Shown here piece by piece: positions 30,572 through 40,475 of a stretch of DNA of 64,000 nucleotides. Numbering within the stretch: the stretch's first letter is position 1; each line of letters starts with the position of its first letter. The DNA is from an uncultured virus (IMG/VR IMGVR_UViG_3300009034_001352) (lineage: Duplodnaviria > Heunggongvirae > Uroviricota > Caudoviricetes): positions 1-64,000 of IMG/VR virus record IMGVR_UViG_3300009034_001352. One strand, written 5' to 3'. The translations under genes were made by a program, and so were the position numbers. A model generated the notes under the pieces. The model had not been told where the DNA came from, ran no database searches, and saw only the letters and a list, made by a program, of their open reading frames with translations.

Positions 30572-31186
30572 TTGTTGAAAACAATAAATAAATATTCAGA
30601 CTTATTAAATAAACAAATAGGAAAAAGAGAATTATTACAAAAAGAAAAAAATAGTTATGATAATAAAATCAAACTATTAGAAAGTAGAATAATTTCTATA
30701 GAAAAAGCTCAAATATTTATCCAAAAAGTAGCAAAAGAAACTCAGGAAAAATTAAGATATCACATTGAAGATATTGTTCAAATGGCGTTAGATGCTTGTA
30801 ATCTTGAAGAGTATGAATTTCGAGTTAAATTTGAAATTAAAAGAGGAAAGACAGAAGCTGATTTAATTTATTTAAAGGATGATCAGCCGGTTAATCCTAT
30901 AGATGCTACTGGTGGAGGTGTAGTTGATATTACTGCTTTTGCTTTGAGAATTGCTGCATGGTCATTGAGTAAAACAGATAATTTAATTATTTTTGATGAA
31001 CCATTTAAACATATTTCAAAGAACTTAAGAAATCAAGCAGGAGAAATTTTAAATAAATTGAGTAAAAAATTGAATTTACAAATGATAATTGTAACACATG
31101 ATGAAGAAATTATGAATAATTCAGATAAGATTTTTAGAGTGAAATTGGAGAAAGAAAATGGATATCTTAAAAGTAAAACATCTTAA
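30572..31186 (+). CDS. sbcC: SbcC/Rad50-like ATPase, C-terminal half
   Basis: Coiled coil, signature-like TGGG, Walker B IIFDEP, H-loop IVTH. Confidence 0.85.
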   Translation: MLKTINKYSDLLNKQIGKRELLQKEKNSYDNKIKLLESRIISIEKAQIFIQKVAKETQEKLRYHIEDIVQMALDACNLEEYEFRVKFEIKRGKTEADLIYLKDDQPVNPIDATGGGVVDITAFALRIAAWSLSKTDNLIIFDEPFKHISKNLRNQAGEILNKLSKKLNLQMIIVTHDEEIMNNSDKIFRVKLEKENGYLKSKTS

Positions 31187-31193
31187 AAAATAC

Positions 31194-31222
31194 TTTACTT
31201 TTTTTGATATATAAAATATAAT
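31194..31222 (+). promoter_or_regulatory. Sigma70-like promoter
   Basis: TTTACT-N17-TATAAT followed by AAGGAGG. Confidence 0.7.
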
Positions 31223-31240
31223 AAATTAAGGAGGAAAAAT

Positions 31241-31537
31241 ATGAAAAATAAATTTTTTAAATTAAGTATTATTATTTTGGTATTAATGGGAATAATAATT
31301 ATAGGTTGTAGTGAAATGGAACAAGAAATGCGAGAAAAAGACAGAATAGCAAGAATTGAAGGACTTTTAAGAAAAGTTGAAATTTTTGATAAAGGAATTC
31401 TTGTAAAAGAATATCAGGGAAAAATGAATATTGAAACAGGAGCAGCGGATAACTTGTGTAGAATTATTATAAATACAGGAGATAGGTTTAAAAAAATTAT
31501 GGTAAAAGCTGATTGTATTATTATTGAGGAATTATAA
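31241..31537 (+). CDS. Putative lipoprotein
   Basis: Signal peptide with IIIGC lipobox. Confidence 0.6.
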   Translation: MKNKFFKLSIIILVLMGIIIIGCSEMEQEMREKDRIARIEGLLRKVEIFDKGILVKEYQGKMNIETGAADNLCRIIINTGDRFKKIMVKADCIIIEEL

Positions 31538-31559
31538 ATAAATTTTCAAGGAGTATATT

Positions 31560-32174
31560 TTGAAATATAATAAATCAAGAATATTTAAAAGAGCATGGAA
31601 ATATAAAAAGTCAAAAAATGTGGGTATGAATTATGCTCTTAAAAGATCCTGGAGAATAGAAAAAAATACAAGAAAGGGAACAGATTTAAAAGATTATAAA
31701 AATATGATAAGAAAAGTATCTTTTTATTTTTCGAATAAATATAAAGTAGAATATGAAGATGTTGAAGCTCAAGCATATTTGATTTTTTGTGAAACATTAG
31801 AAAAATATGATAATACTAAATCATCATTTTCTACTTATTTATATACAAGATTGAATGGTTATTTAAATTTATATTTAAAAAAGAATATAAATAATGATTA
31901 TGAATATATAGATGAAGGGAAAGATAAAATATTTGATAAATTTTGTAAGATTTTAGAGTTTTATGATCAAATAAATACAGAGTTATCAGAAGATGTAAAA
32001 AAGGTATTAGATTATATTTTAAATAACCAAAGAAGAAAAAAAGCAAGTAAATATTCAACAATAAATTATTTTACAGAAAAATATAATTGGACTCAATCAA
32101 GAGTAATAAGAGCATGGGAAAAGATAAAAATATGGTGGTCTGAAAATAGGAAAGAATATTGTTATGATTTTTAA
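31560..32174 (+). CDS. Sigma-70 region 2-like phage sigma factor/regulator
   Basis: EYEDVEAQAYLIF...KYD..KSSFSTYLY. Confidence 0.65.
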   Translation: MKYNKSRIFKRAWKYKKSKNVGMNYALKRSWRIEKNTRKGTDLKDYKNMIRKVSFYFSNKYKVEYEDVEAQAYLIFCETLEKYDNTKSSFSTYLYTRLNGYLNLYLKKNINNDYEYIDEGKDKIFDKFCKILEFYDQINTELSEDVKKVLDYILNNQRRKKASKYSTINYFTEKYNWTQSRVIRAWEKIKIWWSENRKEYCYDF

Positions 32175-33051
32175 TGTAGCTGAATTTTTAACAGATTATG
32201 GAATTCAATATTGGACGGAAGGAAATAATGTACAGAGAGGATGGATTAATATTAGATGTCCGAGTTGTGGAGATGATAGTAATCATGGCGGGTTTAATTT
32301 AGCTAAAGGATATTATAATTGTTGGATGTGCGGTCATAAAGAATTGGAGAGTATAGTATGCTTATTAGCGGGTGTTTCTTATATAGAGGCCCAAGATATT
32401 ATTAGAGAATATTCTGGAAGAAATAGTTTACTAAAATTATTAAATAAAAAAGAAAATAAAAAACAAGTTGATAAAATCGAATTGCCTGGTGATGAATTAC
32501 AAGAAATACATAAAAAATATTTAAGAAAGAGAAATTTTAATCCAAATCATTTAATAAATAAATACAAAATAAAAGGAACTGGAATTATTGGTTATTGGAA
32601 ATATAGAATTATTATTCCTATAATATATAAAAATAAAATTGTTTCGTTTCAGGGAAGAGATATAACAGATAAGCAAAAAAATAGATATATTACATTATCT
32701 AAAGATGAAAGTATAATAAATCCTAAAACTATATTATATAATCTTGATAATTGTAAACGTGATATTATTGGTGTAGTTGAAGGTGTGTTTGATGTATGGC
32801 GTTTTGGAAGTAATTTTGCAGCGACACTTGGAACAATTATTAAAAAAGAACAATTAAGGTTGTTAAAAAATTATAAGAAGGTGTTTTTTTTATTTGATCC
32901 AGAATCAGAAGCTTTGAAGAAAGCAGAGAAAGCAGCTATTTGGTTAAATCAGTATAAAGTTGAAGTTGAGATAATTGAATTAGACAATTGTGATCCTGGA
33001 GATTTTAGTTTTAATGAAGCAAAAGAAATGAAAAAAGAGATTGGAATATGA
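32164..33051 (+). CDS. DNA primase (Zn finger + TOPRIM)
   Basis: CPSC...H...CWMC; FQGR; VEGVFD; FDPE; DPGD. Confidence 0.88.
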   Translation: MIFNVAEFLTDYGIQYWTEGNNVQRGWINIRCPSCGDDSNHGGFNLAKGYYNCWMCGHKELESIVCLLAGVSYIEAQDIIREYSGRNSLLKLLNKKENKKQVDKIELPGDELQEIHKKYLRKRNFNPNHLINKYKIKGTGIIGYWKYRIIIPIIYKNKIVSFQGRDITDKQKNRYITLSKDESIINPKTILYNLDNCKRDIIGVVEGVFDVWRFGSNFAATLGTIIKKEQLRLLKNYKKVFFLFDPESEALKKAEKAAIWLNQYKVEVEIIELDNCDPGDFSFNEAKEMKKEIGI

Positions 33052-33278
33052 AAGAGGTAAAATAATGTTAATTATAATTTTATTGTTGATAATAGTTTGT
33101 GTATTAATTGGATTATCAATATATATGAAATATATAGGGAGTAATATTTGGGGAATACCTGTTATTTATGCTGTGTTATTTTTTGCATTGGTAATGTTCT
33201 TTTATAATAGATCTTATCATCTATCGAAATATTCAGATAAAACAACAGAGGAAATATTTTATACATCAGGAATAAAGA

Positions 33279-34895
33279 ATGAATAAAATAGTTAAATATG
33301 AGAATAAAGAATTGAAAATAAAATTTAATTCTGAAGATAAAACAGAATTTTATAATATTCTTAATAATGTAAAAACATTATATGGCAGACAATTTCATTC
33401 TAATTCAAGAACATGGATAGCTCCTCCTACAAAAGAAAATATAGAATCACTTGCAAAATTTGGTTTTGATATGGATGAATCTGTATTTATACTTTTTGAA
33501 AAGAAAAAAGAAAAAGATTTTTCTAAAATAAAATTGAAAAAAAAATTATCAAAAGAATTTTATCCTTTTCAAATAGATGGCATAAAGTTTTTGGAAAGTA
33601 GAAAAGGTAATGGATTGATAGCTGATGCTATGGGTTTGGGAAAAACAATACAGGTATTAGGTTATTTTATAATCCATCCAGAATTAAAACCCGTTTTAAT
33701 AGTTTGTCCTGCTTCTGTAAAATTGAATTGGAAAAGAGAGATTGAAAAATGGACAGATTATAAAGATGAAGATGTAAATATTTTATCAGGGAAAACTCCT
33801 TATAATACTACATTATCTTGTTTTTATATTATTAATTATGATATTTTAGACAGTTGGAAAGAAGTTTTAATTGAGAAAAAGTTTGCTATAATACTGTCTG
33901 ATGAATGTCAATATATTTCTAATGGTCGATCTTTGAGGACAGAAGCATTTAAAAAAATAGCAAGGAAAGTGGATAAAAGAATATTTCTGTCAGGTACACC
34001 AATAAGAAATAGTCCAAGAGAATTCTTTACAGTTCTGAATCTTTTAAATAAAAAATGTTTTCCTAATGAGTATAAATATCTATATAGATTTTGCAATCCT
34101 AAATATAATGGTTTTGGCTGGCAGTTTAAAGGGGTAACAAATTGGAAAGAATTACATAATATTATTCAACCTCTTATGATTAGAAGAGAGAAAAAAGAAG
34201 TACTAAAGGATTTACCAGAAAAACGAAAAATAGTTGTACCACTTGAATGTTCAAAATTAGAATATGAAAAATATTTGGATGCTATTGAGAATATAAAGGA
34301 ATGGGCAGGTGAGGATGAAAAGAAAAGTATAGTTGAAATAAAAAATAGAATGGAATTTATTTCTGGTCTTGCTTATGGAGCAAAAAGGAATTCAGTTATA
34401 AGTTGGATTAAAGATTATATTTCTACTGGAGAAAAATTAGTTGTATTTGGATATCACATTAAAGTATTAGATGATATTGAAGCCGCTTTTTCAAAAGTGA
34501 AGACTGTTAGAATAGATGGTAGTGTAAAATCTGATGATAGACAAGGATTAGTTGATCAATTTCAAAATGATTCAGAAACAAAATTATTCATAGGACAGAT
34601 AAAAGCAGCTGGAATTGGTATAACTTTGACAGCTGCTTCTGCTACTTGTTTTTTGGAATTTTCATGGACACCAGCAGATCATGAGCAAGCTGAGGATAGA
34701 GTTCATAGAATTGGGCAAAAGGCAGATTCGGTATCTGCTTATTATTTGATTGGGGAAGGGACTCTGGAAAAAGATATTGTAAAATTATTGCAAAGTAAAC
34801 ATGATACAATTAGTAAAGTGATAGATGGAAAGGAGAATGAAAATTTTTTTAAAAAGGATATTTTAATTGAAATATTTAATGGTTTGAAATTATAA
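33279..34895 (+). CDS. SNF2/HARP-like SF2 helicase
   Basis: DAMGLGKT, DECQ, LSGTP, QAEDRVHRIGQ. Confidence 0.92.
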   Translation: MNKIVKYENKELKIKFNSEDKTEFYNILNNVKTLYGRQFHSNSRTWIAPPTKENIESLAKFGFDMDESVFILFEKKKEKDFSKIKLKKKLSKEFYPFQIDGIKFLESRKGNGLIADAMGLGKTIQVLGYFIIHPELKPVLIVCPASVKLNWKREIEKWTDYKDEDVNILSGKTPYNTTLSCFYIINYDILDSWKEVLIEKKFAIILSDECQYISNGRSLRTEAFKKIARKVDKRIFLSGTPIRNSPREFFTVLNLLNKKCFPNEYKYLYRFCNPKYNGFGWQFKGVTNWKELHNIIQPLMIRREKKEVLKDLPEKRKIVVPLECSKLEYEKYLDAIENIKEWAGEDEKKSIVEIKNRMEFISGLAYGAKRNSVISWIKDYISTGEKLVVFGYHIKVLDDIEAAFSKVKTVRIDGSVKSDDRQGLVDQFQNDSETKLFIGQIKAAGIGITLTAASATCFLEFSWTPADHEQAEDRVHRIGQKADSVSAYYLIGEGTLEKDIVKLLQSKHDTISKVIDGKENENFFKKDILIEIFNGLKL

Positions 34896-34918
34896 TGTAA
34901 ATAAGAATCTGATGAGTA

Positions 34919-35017
34919 GAGTAAACCAAAGATAAAGAATGAGTTATATAGTGAAAGTAAACCAATAAAAGAGAGCGAGCCAGGCCGAGTGAGTAAACCA
35001 GCGCATGAGAGCGTATT
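34919..35017 (+). repeat. TIGR-like array 1 (about 2.5 units of 36 nt)
   Basis: gagtaaacc-type repeats at 34919, 34955, 34991; gagcgagcc-type at 34937, 34973, 35009; 9-nt variable segments. Confidence 0.8.
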
Positions 35018-35068
35018 TTTGTAAATGATCATTATATAATGATTAAATAATTTTATAGGGGATATCCG

Positions 35069-35758
35069 ATGGATACTACAAAAAAATTAAAAGTTGGGGA
35101 ATTGATCCTTGACTGGAATTTATGGCCACGTTATAAGGTGGAATTTTTAGATTCTACGAATATAACAAGAATGAAACAAGCTATAAAAGCTGGGTTGAAA
35201 CTTCCGTCTATTATAGTTAATAAAGCTGATTATAGAATAATAGATGGTTTTCACAGAGTAAAAGTTTATAGAGATTTATTTGGTGAAGAGCATGATATCA
35301 CTGTTAAATTGAGAGAATTTAAAAATGATGCAGAAATGTTTATGGAATCTGCCAGACTAAATTCTGTTCATGGATTACCTTTAAGCCCACAAGATAAAGC
35401 TCATGTGATTTTAAGAGCAAGACGATTTAAATATCCTTTTCCAGTTATTGCACAAATAATAGGAATGGATGAAGATACTTTAAAAAAGTTTTATAAATCA
35501 AGAATAGCAAAAACTAAAAAAGGAGAAACTTTAGTTTTGGCGAATGGTGCTTCTGATTTAAGTGATTTGGATAGACCATTAACAAATAATGAAGAAATAC
35601 ATGCAAGATCGGCTAATGGATGTAAAGCTTCTGTTAATATAGCTTTATTGTTATATGCTTTAAAAGCTGATAATGTTAAACTAACAGAAAAAACAGTGTC
35701 AAATCTTATACAACTGAAAGAAGAAATAATAAGGATTTTAAAAAAGGCAGGTGTATAA
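35069..35758 (+). CDS. ParB/Srx-domain protein
   Basis: LPSIIV...IIDGFHR; N..HGLPLS..DK; following HTH. Confidence 0.85.
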   Translation: MDTTKKLKVGELILDWNLWPRYKVEFLDSTNITRMKQAIKAGLKLPSIIVNKADYRIIDGFHRVKVYRDLFGEEHDITVKLREFKNDAEMFMESARLNSVHGLPLSPQDKAHVILRARRFKYPFPVIAQIIGMDEDTLKKFYKSRIAKTKKGETLVLANGASDLSDLDRPLTNNEEIHARSANGCKASVNIALLLYALKADNVKLTEKTVSNLIQLKEEIIRILKKAGV

Positions 35759-36552
35759 TGTTAAAAGATAAAAAAGTTGAGAATTCACTGAAAATATTGA
35801 TAAGACAATATTATGATTATAGTAATGAAAGAATAGCTATGGATGGAAGATTAGGAATTAAGAAAGATGGGGAATTAAAGAAGAAAACTCCTGATAGAGA
35901 TGAAATAATGTTGGCTTATTTATACACAAGAAGAAAAGAAATAATAACTGTGGAGAAAGAAATTGAAAAAGAAATCAGAAAAGAAGTGAACATACATACT
36001 CTGTGGAAAGGATTTTTCGAAGATGTTATAGGAGTGGGCCCAATAATGGCAGCGGTAATTATCACTGAATTTGATATTAAAAAAGCTAATACAGTTTCAA
36101 AATTATGGGCTTTTGCAGGGATAAATCCTGGTATAGTATTTGGGAAAACTGGAAAACTTGGTAATATAAAAACCTCTAATATTTTGATAAGACAAGATAA
36201 AAAAACAAAAGGATTTTTATGTCCATATAATCAGTTTTTAAAGTGTAGATTGTTAGGTGTTTTGGCAGGAAGTTTTTTAAAAGCATCATCCCCATATAGT
36301 AAGTTTTACTATGATTATCGTTTTAGATTGGTGTCCTTAACAGATGAGGAAAAAGAAAAAAGAGGATTATGTAAGTCAAAAAATCCAACCGATAAAAATA
36401 AACCATATGCTAGTCATATAAATAACAGAGCTAAAAGATATATGATAAAGATGTTTTTGAAAGATTTATATGTTGCGTGGAGGACGTTAGAAGGATTACC
36501 AGTTAGAGATCCATATGCTGATGAATATTTGAATAGAAAACATGCTGGATAA
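35758..36552 (+). CDS. tasA: Nop-domain (IS110 C-terminal-like) protein without nuclease domain, TasA-like
   Basis: GVGPIMAAVII...VSKLWAFAG, YNQFLK, H..NRAKRYMIKMFL.DLY..WR; no DEDD/RuvC; flanked by 36-nt arrays. Confidence 0.8.
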   Translation: MLKDKKVENSLKILIRQYYDYSNERIAMDGRLGIKKDGELKKKTPDRDEIMLAYLYTRRKEIITVEKEIEKEIRKEVNIHTLWKGFFEDVIGVGPIMAAVIITEFDIKKANTVSKLWAFAGINPGIVFGKTGKLGNIKTSNILIRQDKKTKGFLCPYNQFLKCRLLGVLAGSFLKASSPYSKFYYDYRFRLVSLTDEEKEKRGLCKSKNPTDKNKPYASHINNRAKRYMIKMFLKDLYVAWRTLEGLPVRDPYADEYLNRKHAG

Positions 36553-36554
36553 TT

Positions 36555-36671
36555 GAGCGAGCTACAAATAAGGAGTAAACCATTGTTCTTGAGCGAGCCA
36601 GGAGATTTGAGTAAACCAAGAAAATAGAGCGAGTCAAGGGAAGAGAGAAAACCATCTCTATAGAACGTATT
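36555..36671 (+). repeat. TIGR-like array 2 (3 units of 36 nt)
   Basis: gagcgagc-type repeats at 36555, 36591, 36627, 36663; gagtaaacc-type at 36573, 36609, 36645. Confidence 0.85.
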
Positions 36672-36717
36672 AAAAAGGCAGGATAAAAAAACCATGCCTA
36701 ATTTGAAAGTTTTTTTC

Positions 36718-36757
36718 AAATTTTGTGTTTAAATTATTATAATATAAGTATAGGGGA
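36718..36757 (+). promoter_or_regulatory. Conserved promoter/leader element, copy 1
   Basis: aaattttgtgtttaaattattataatataagtatagggga, near-identical to 50763-50802. Confidence 0.7.
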
Positions 36758-36762
36758 ATAAA

Positions 36763-38607
36763 ATGTATGAAATAATGAAATTATTTAAATCAGTATTAGT
36801 AAAACAGAAAAATGTTACAGGATCTCCTTATATTAGAAAAGGAATATTATATACTCCTGATGTTGGAAATGAATATAAGGATATTGATTCTATAATAAAT
36901 ATGGCAGAAAAGATATTTTTACTTTCTGCAAAACAAATAAATAGTTCTTTTCATAAATCATGGCAGAAAATCAGAGATGTAAATATAGAACAGCTTGTAT
37001 TAGAGCAAATTATCCATTATATAACTACATATGGTTTTGAATCTCTAAATATTTATAATAGCGAATCTGTATATATTCCAAGAGAGAAATTAGAATTACC
37101 AGAAATAGATATAGATAAAATTGAGTTGATTGTTATAAAAGGAATTACTAAAGAAGAATTAAAGGAAAAATTAATGAAAATGATGTGTTCTGGAATTGCT
37201 CTTGATGAAAATACTATTAAAGATATTGTAAATATTATTACTGATAATGATATTGGATTTGATAATGAAGATGTTAGAAATATAAAAAATAAAGAAATAA
37301 AATCAATTATAATGGATAAATTAAGTTTAGTACCAGATGATCCAGTTGAATATTTGAGATATATTATTTATAAAATGACAGGTGAAACTTTGTTGATTAA
37401 AAATAAAGAGTTAATAGAAAAGATAAAAGAAAATCAGAAAATATTTTCTCTGTTAAAAATTGATGAACATAGTCAAAGAAAATTAGCCAGTATATTTTAT
37501 CGATTCAAACCTTTATTTTTAGCAATGAAAGGAACCCCAACAACAAATAAAATAATAAATAGAATAAGAAAATTAGCAAAGAAATATCATAGACCGATGA
37601 AACAAGATTATCTAAATAATATAACAAATCAAAAGTATATAGATATACTTTTTTTCAAGAAAGAACTTAATAAGGTTAATATTTTCAGAAAAATAAGATT
37701 AGCAAATGCTATAAAATATAGAATGTTAAATAGTGGTTCAATTGTATACAGAATAAGAAATGGAAAAAGTTATTCTACAGAAAATAAAAAGAGAGATAAA
37801 GATTATTATGATAATATATATGAAATAATAGAAAAGAGTATAAAGGATGATATAAAAGAGATCATAGGAAATAAGAAAATATATATACCAGATTATATAA
37901 AGTATACTTTACCATCTTCTGAAAAACAATTTTCTGATAATGTTCCATTAGGTACAAATATAACTGTGAAAGAGAATATGGTTTTTGGGGTGTACTGGAA
38001 GAATGTTGATAAAAATAGAATTGATTTGGATTTGTCTTTATTATCTGTTGATAGTAAATTTGGATGGGATGCAAGATATAGAAATGAAGAAAGAAGTATA
38101 TTGTTTTCTGGGGATATGACAGATGCTTGTGATGGAGCTTCTGAATTATATTACATAGAAAAAAATAAACCCGGTATTTATTTAGTGATGTTAAATTATT
38201 ATAATTATAATAAATACGAAGAAAAAGATATTCCAGTTCCTTTTAGAATATTTATTGCAGATGAAAAAATAAATTTGATTGAAAAGAATTATATGGTTAA
38301 TCCTGAAAATATATTGATAAATATAAATACTGAAATAAAAAGAAAACAGAAATTATTAGGATTAGTAAAAATAGATGAAAATAAAAGTATATTTTATTTT
38401 TGTGAAACAAACATAGGAATGTCAATAACATCAAGTGATAATGAATATATGAAACATTGCAGAAATTATTTAAAAGATTTTTATAGTAATTTAATGAATT
38501 TAAATGATATGATAGGAGATGTAACTAAGAAAAATGAATGTGATATTGATTTATCACCTAAAAATCTAACAAAAGATAAATTATTGGATATTATAATAAA
38601 GACATAA
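36763..38607 (+). CDS. Large helical protein with C-terminal TerD-like domain
   Basis: FGVYW...RIDLDLS...GW...FSGDMTDA..GASE motifs. Confidence 0.6.
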   Translation: MYEIMKLFKSVLVKQKNVTGSPYIRKGILYTPDVGNEYKDIDSIINMAEKIFLLSAKQINSSFHKSWQKIRDVNIEQLVLEQIIHYITTYGFESLNIYNSESVYIPREKLELPEIDIDKIELIVIKGITKEELKEKLMKMMCSGIALDENTIKDIVNIITDNDIGFDNEDVRNIKNKEIKSIIMDKLSLVPDDPVEYLRYIIYKMTGETLLIKNKELIEKIKENQKIFSLLKIDEHSQRKLASIFYRFKPLFLAMKGTPTTNKIINRIRKLAKKYHRPMKQDYLNNITNQKYIDILFFKKELNKVNIFRKIRLANAIKYRMLNSGSIVYRIRNGKSYSTENKKRDKDYYDNIYEIIEKSIKDDIKEIIGNKKIYIPDYIKYTLPSSEKQFSDNVPLGTNITVKENMVFGVYWKNVDKNRIDLDLSLLSVDSKFGWDARYRNEERSILFSGDMTDACDGASELYYIEKNKPGIYLVMLNYYNYNKYEEKDIPVPFRIFIADEKINLIEKNYMVNPENILININTEIKRKQKLLGLVKIDENKSIFYFCETNIGMSITSSDNEYMKHCRNYLKDFYSNLMNLNDMIGDVTKKNECDIDLSPKNLTKDKLLDIIIKT

Positions 38608-38862
38608 AAAGTTCCTATGAATAGATTATGGAGGAGAGATCCTCTATTAAATTACTTTTTGTCTTTAAAATAAAAGCATAGAAAGTTCCTATAAATAAAA
38701 AACTTGAAATTTTTTACTTTCTGTTTTTAATGATAAGTCAAAGAAAGTTCCTATAAATAAAAACTATGGGTGTTTACTTACTTTCCGACTTTTTTAGAAA
38801 TTATTGGGATCAAAGGAAGTTCCTAAAAATTAAGACTGCAAATCTATTACTTCCCGATTCTT
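38598..38862 (+). ncRNA. Array of four covarying hairpin RNA units
   Basis: AAGTTCCTA at 38609, 38683, 38745, 38817, each closed by TTACTT with compensatory stem changes. Confidence 0.7.
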
Positions 38863-38886
38863 ATTTAATAGTATAGGAGAAAGAAT

Positions 38887-39051
38887 ATGACAATTAAACA
38901 AGTGACATTAAGAAGAGTTTTTAATTTAGGTAATTATGAAACTCTTCATATAGAATTACAAGCGGATATAGATAAAAATGAAGATGTAAAAGAAGTATTG
39001 GACGATTTACATCAAGAAGCTAAAAAATATAAAAGATATACGAAATCTTAA
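38887..39051 (+). CDS. Small phage protein (NLGNYE motif)
   Basis: AGGAG SD; MTIKQVTLRRVFNLGNYETLHIEL. Confidence 0.6.
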   Translation: MTIKQVTLRRVFNLGNYETLHIELQADIDKNEDVKEVLDDLHQEAKKYKRYTKS

Positions 39052-39059
39052 TAATATTT

Positions 39060-40475
39060 ATGAAAAGGAAGAAGATTGATTTGTTTCAGGAGAGACAAAT
39101 TATAATTAATATGATTGTATCAACCAGATTTTTAAAAGAAATATCAAATATAGTTCAACCAAAATATTTTAAATCACAATATGGAAAATTAATAAGTAGA
39201 TGGATTTTAGAATATTGGAATGAATTTAAAATTGCTCCTGGAAAACAAATCCAAAATATTTTTTATCAAAAAGGAACATTTATTCAAGACGAAGATGATC
39301 GTGAAGATGTTTCAGATTTTTTATCTTTTCTATCTAAAGAATGGGAGGAGATAGAAAAAGAACAAAATATTGATTTTTTAATTAAGAATGCTATTCATTA
39401 TTTGAAAATAAGATCATTAGAAATATTAAAAGATAAATTGGAATCCTCTATTATTGAAGGAAATCCGCTTAAGGGGGAACAAAATATTATAGAATATAAT
39501 AGAGTTGAAAAAATAAGTGGAATTGGAGTATCTTTGTTAAAAGATAGTTCTGCTATTATATCTGCCTTTCTTGAAGAGAATGAGATAATGTTTAAATTTC
39601 CTGGAGTGTTTGGGGAAGTATGTGGATTATTTCTTCGAGGAGATTTAGTGTCATTTTTAGCTGCCGCAAAAAAGGGAAAAACTTGGCTTCAACTTTATAT
39701 AGGAGAAACAGCAGCGGCTTATGGTTATAAGACGATAATATTTACATTAGAGATGACACAAAATCAAATATTAAGAAGGGGATGGCAATTACTTGTTGGA
39801 ATGCCAAGAATATCTGGATCAATTTTAATTCCACGATTTGAAAAAACAAATACTGATAAAAAGAAAAGATGGAAAGTGATAATGAGTAAGAAAAAGAAAA
39901 AGGGAGTAAATGTTTCAAATATAGAGAAGGAACAGAAAAAGTTAAAAACTATTTTTAGATCAGGTGATTTGAAAATAGTAACTCTACCAGCTTATTCAGC
40001 AACGATAGAAGATTTGGAAGCATATTTAGATAATTTTTATTATTTTGAGAATTATGTTCCTGATGTTATAATTGTGGATTATGCTGATATTGTGGCCCCA
40101 TCAAAATATTCAAGATCAGATTATCGTCAACAAATAGATGTTATATGGAAAAAATTGAGAAGAATGGCACAAGAAAGAAATGCTCTTGTAATCACAGCAA
40201 GTCAAGCAGGTAGAGCAGCTTTTCATAAGGATGCCAAAGAGGAAAACATAGCAGAGGATATACGAAAAATTGCACATGTTTCTAAAATGATAGCTATTAA
40301 CAAAAGTAAAGCAGATGAAAAGATAAAAGCTGTTAGAATAGAACAATTAGCTGAGAGAGATGGTAGAAGAAATTATAAACAAGCTTTAGTTTTACAGTGT
40401 TTAGAAATAGGTCGTCCTTATTTAGATAGTAAATATGTAGATGAGGTTTTGTTGGAGAAAGAAGATGAAAAATAA
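39060..40475 (+). CDS. dnaB: Replicative DnaB-like helicase
   Basis: Walker A AAAKKGKT, TLEM, IIVDYADI, TASQ. Confidence 0.85.
   Translation: MKRKKIDLFQERQIIINMIVSTRFLKEISNIVQPKYFKSQYGKLISRWILEYWNEFKIAPGKQIQNIFYQKGTFIQDEDDREDVSDFLSFLSKEWEEIEKEQNIDFLIKNAIHYLKIRSLEILKDKLESSIIEGNPLKGEQNIIEYNRVEKISGIGVSLLKDSSAIISAFLEENEIMFKFPGVFGEVCGLFLRGDLVSFLAAAKKGKTWLQLYIGETAAAYGYKTIIFTLEMTQNQILRRGWQLLVGMPRISGSILIPRFEKTNTDKKKRWKVIMSKKKKKGVNVSNIEKEQKKLKTIFRSGDLKIVTLPAYSATIEDLEAYLDNFYYFENYVPDVIIVDYADIVAPSKYSRSDYRQQIDVIWKKLRRMAQERNALVITASQAGRAAFHKDAKEENIAEDIRKIAHVSKMIAINKSKADEKIKAVRIEQLAERDGRRNYKQALVLQCLEIGRPYLDSKYVDEVLLEKEDEK

Noticed and set aside
35758..36552. IS110 transposase / insertion sequence
   Set aside because: No N-terminal DEDD RuvC-like domain; the flanking 36-nt arrays fit a Tas protein better
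38598..38862. Hairpin array as a CRISPR array for the type IV-B operon
   Set aside because: Repeats are not identical, variable parts are short and internal to the stems, and there is no repeat-spacer architecture
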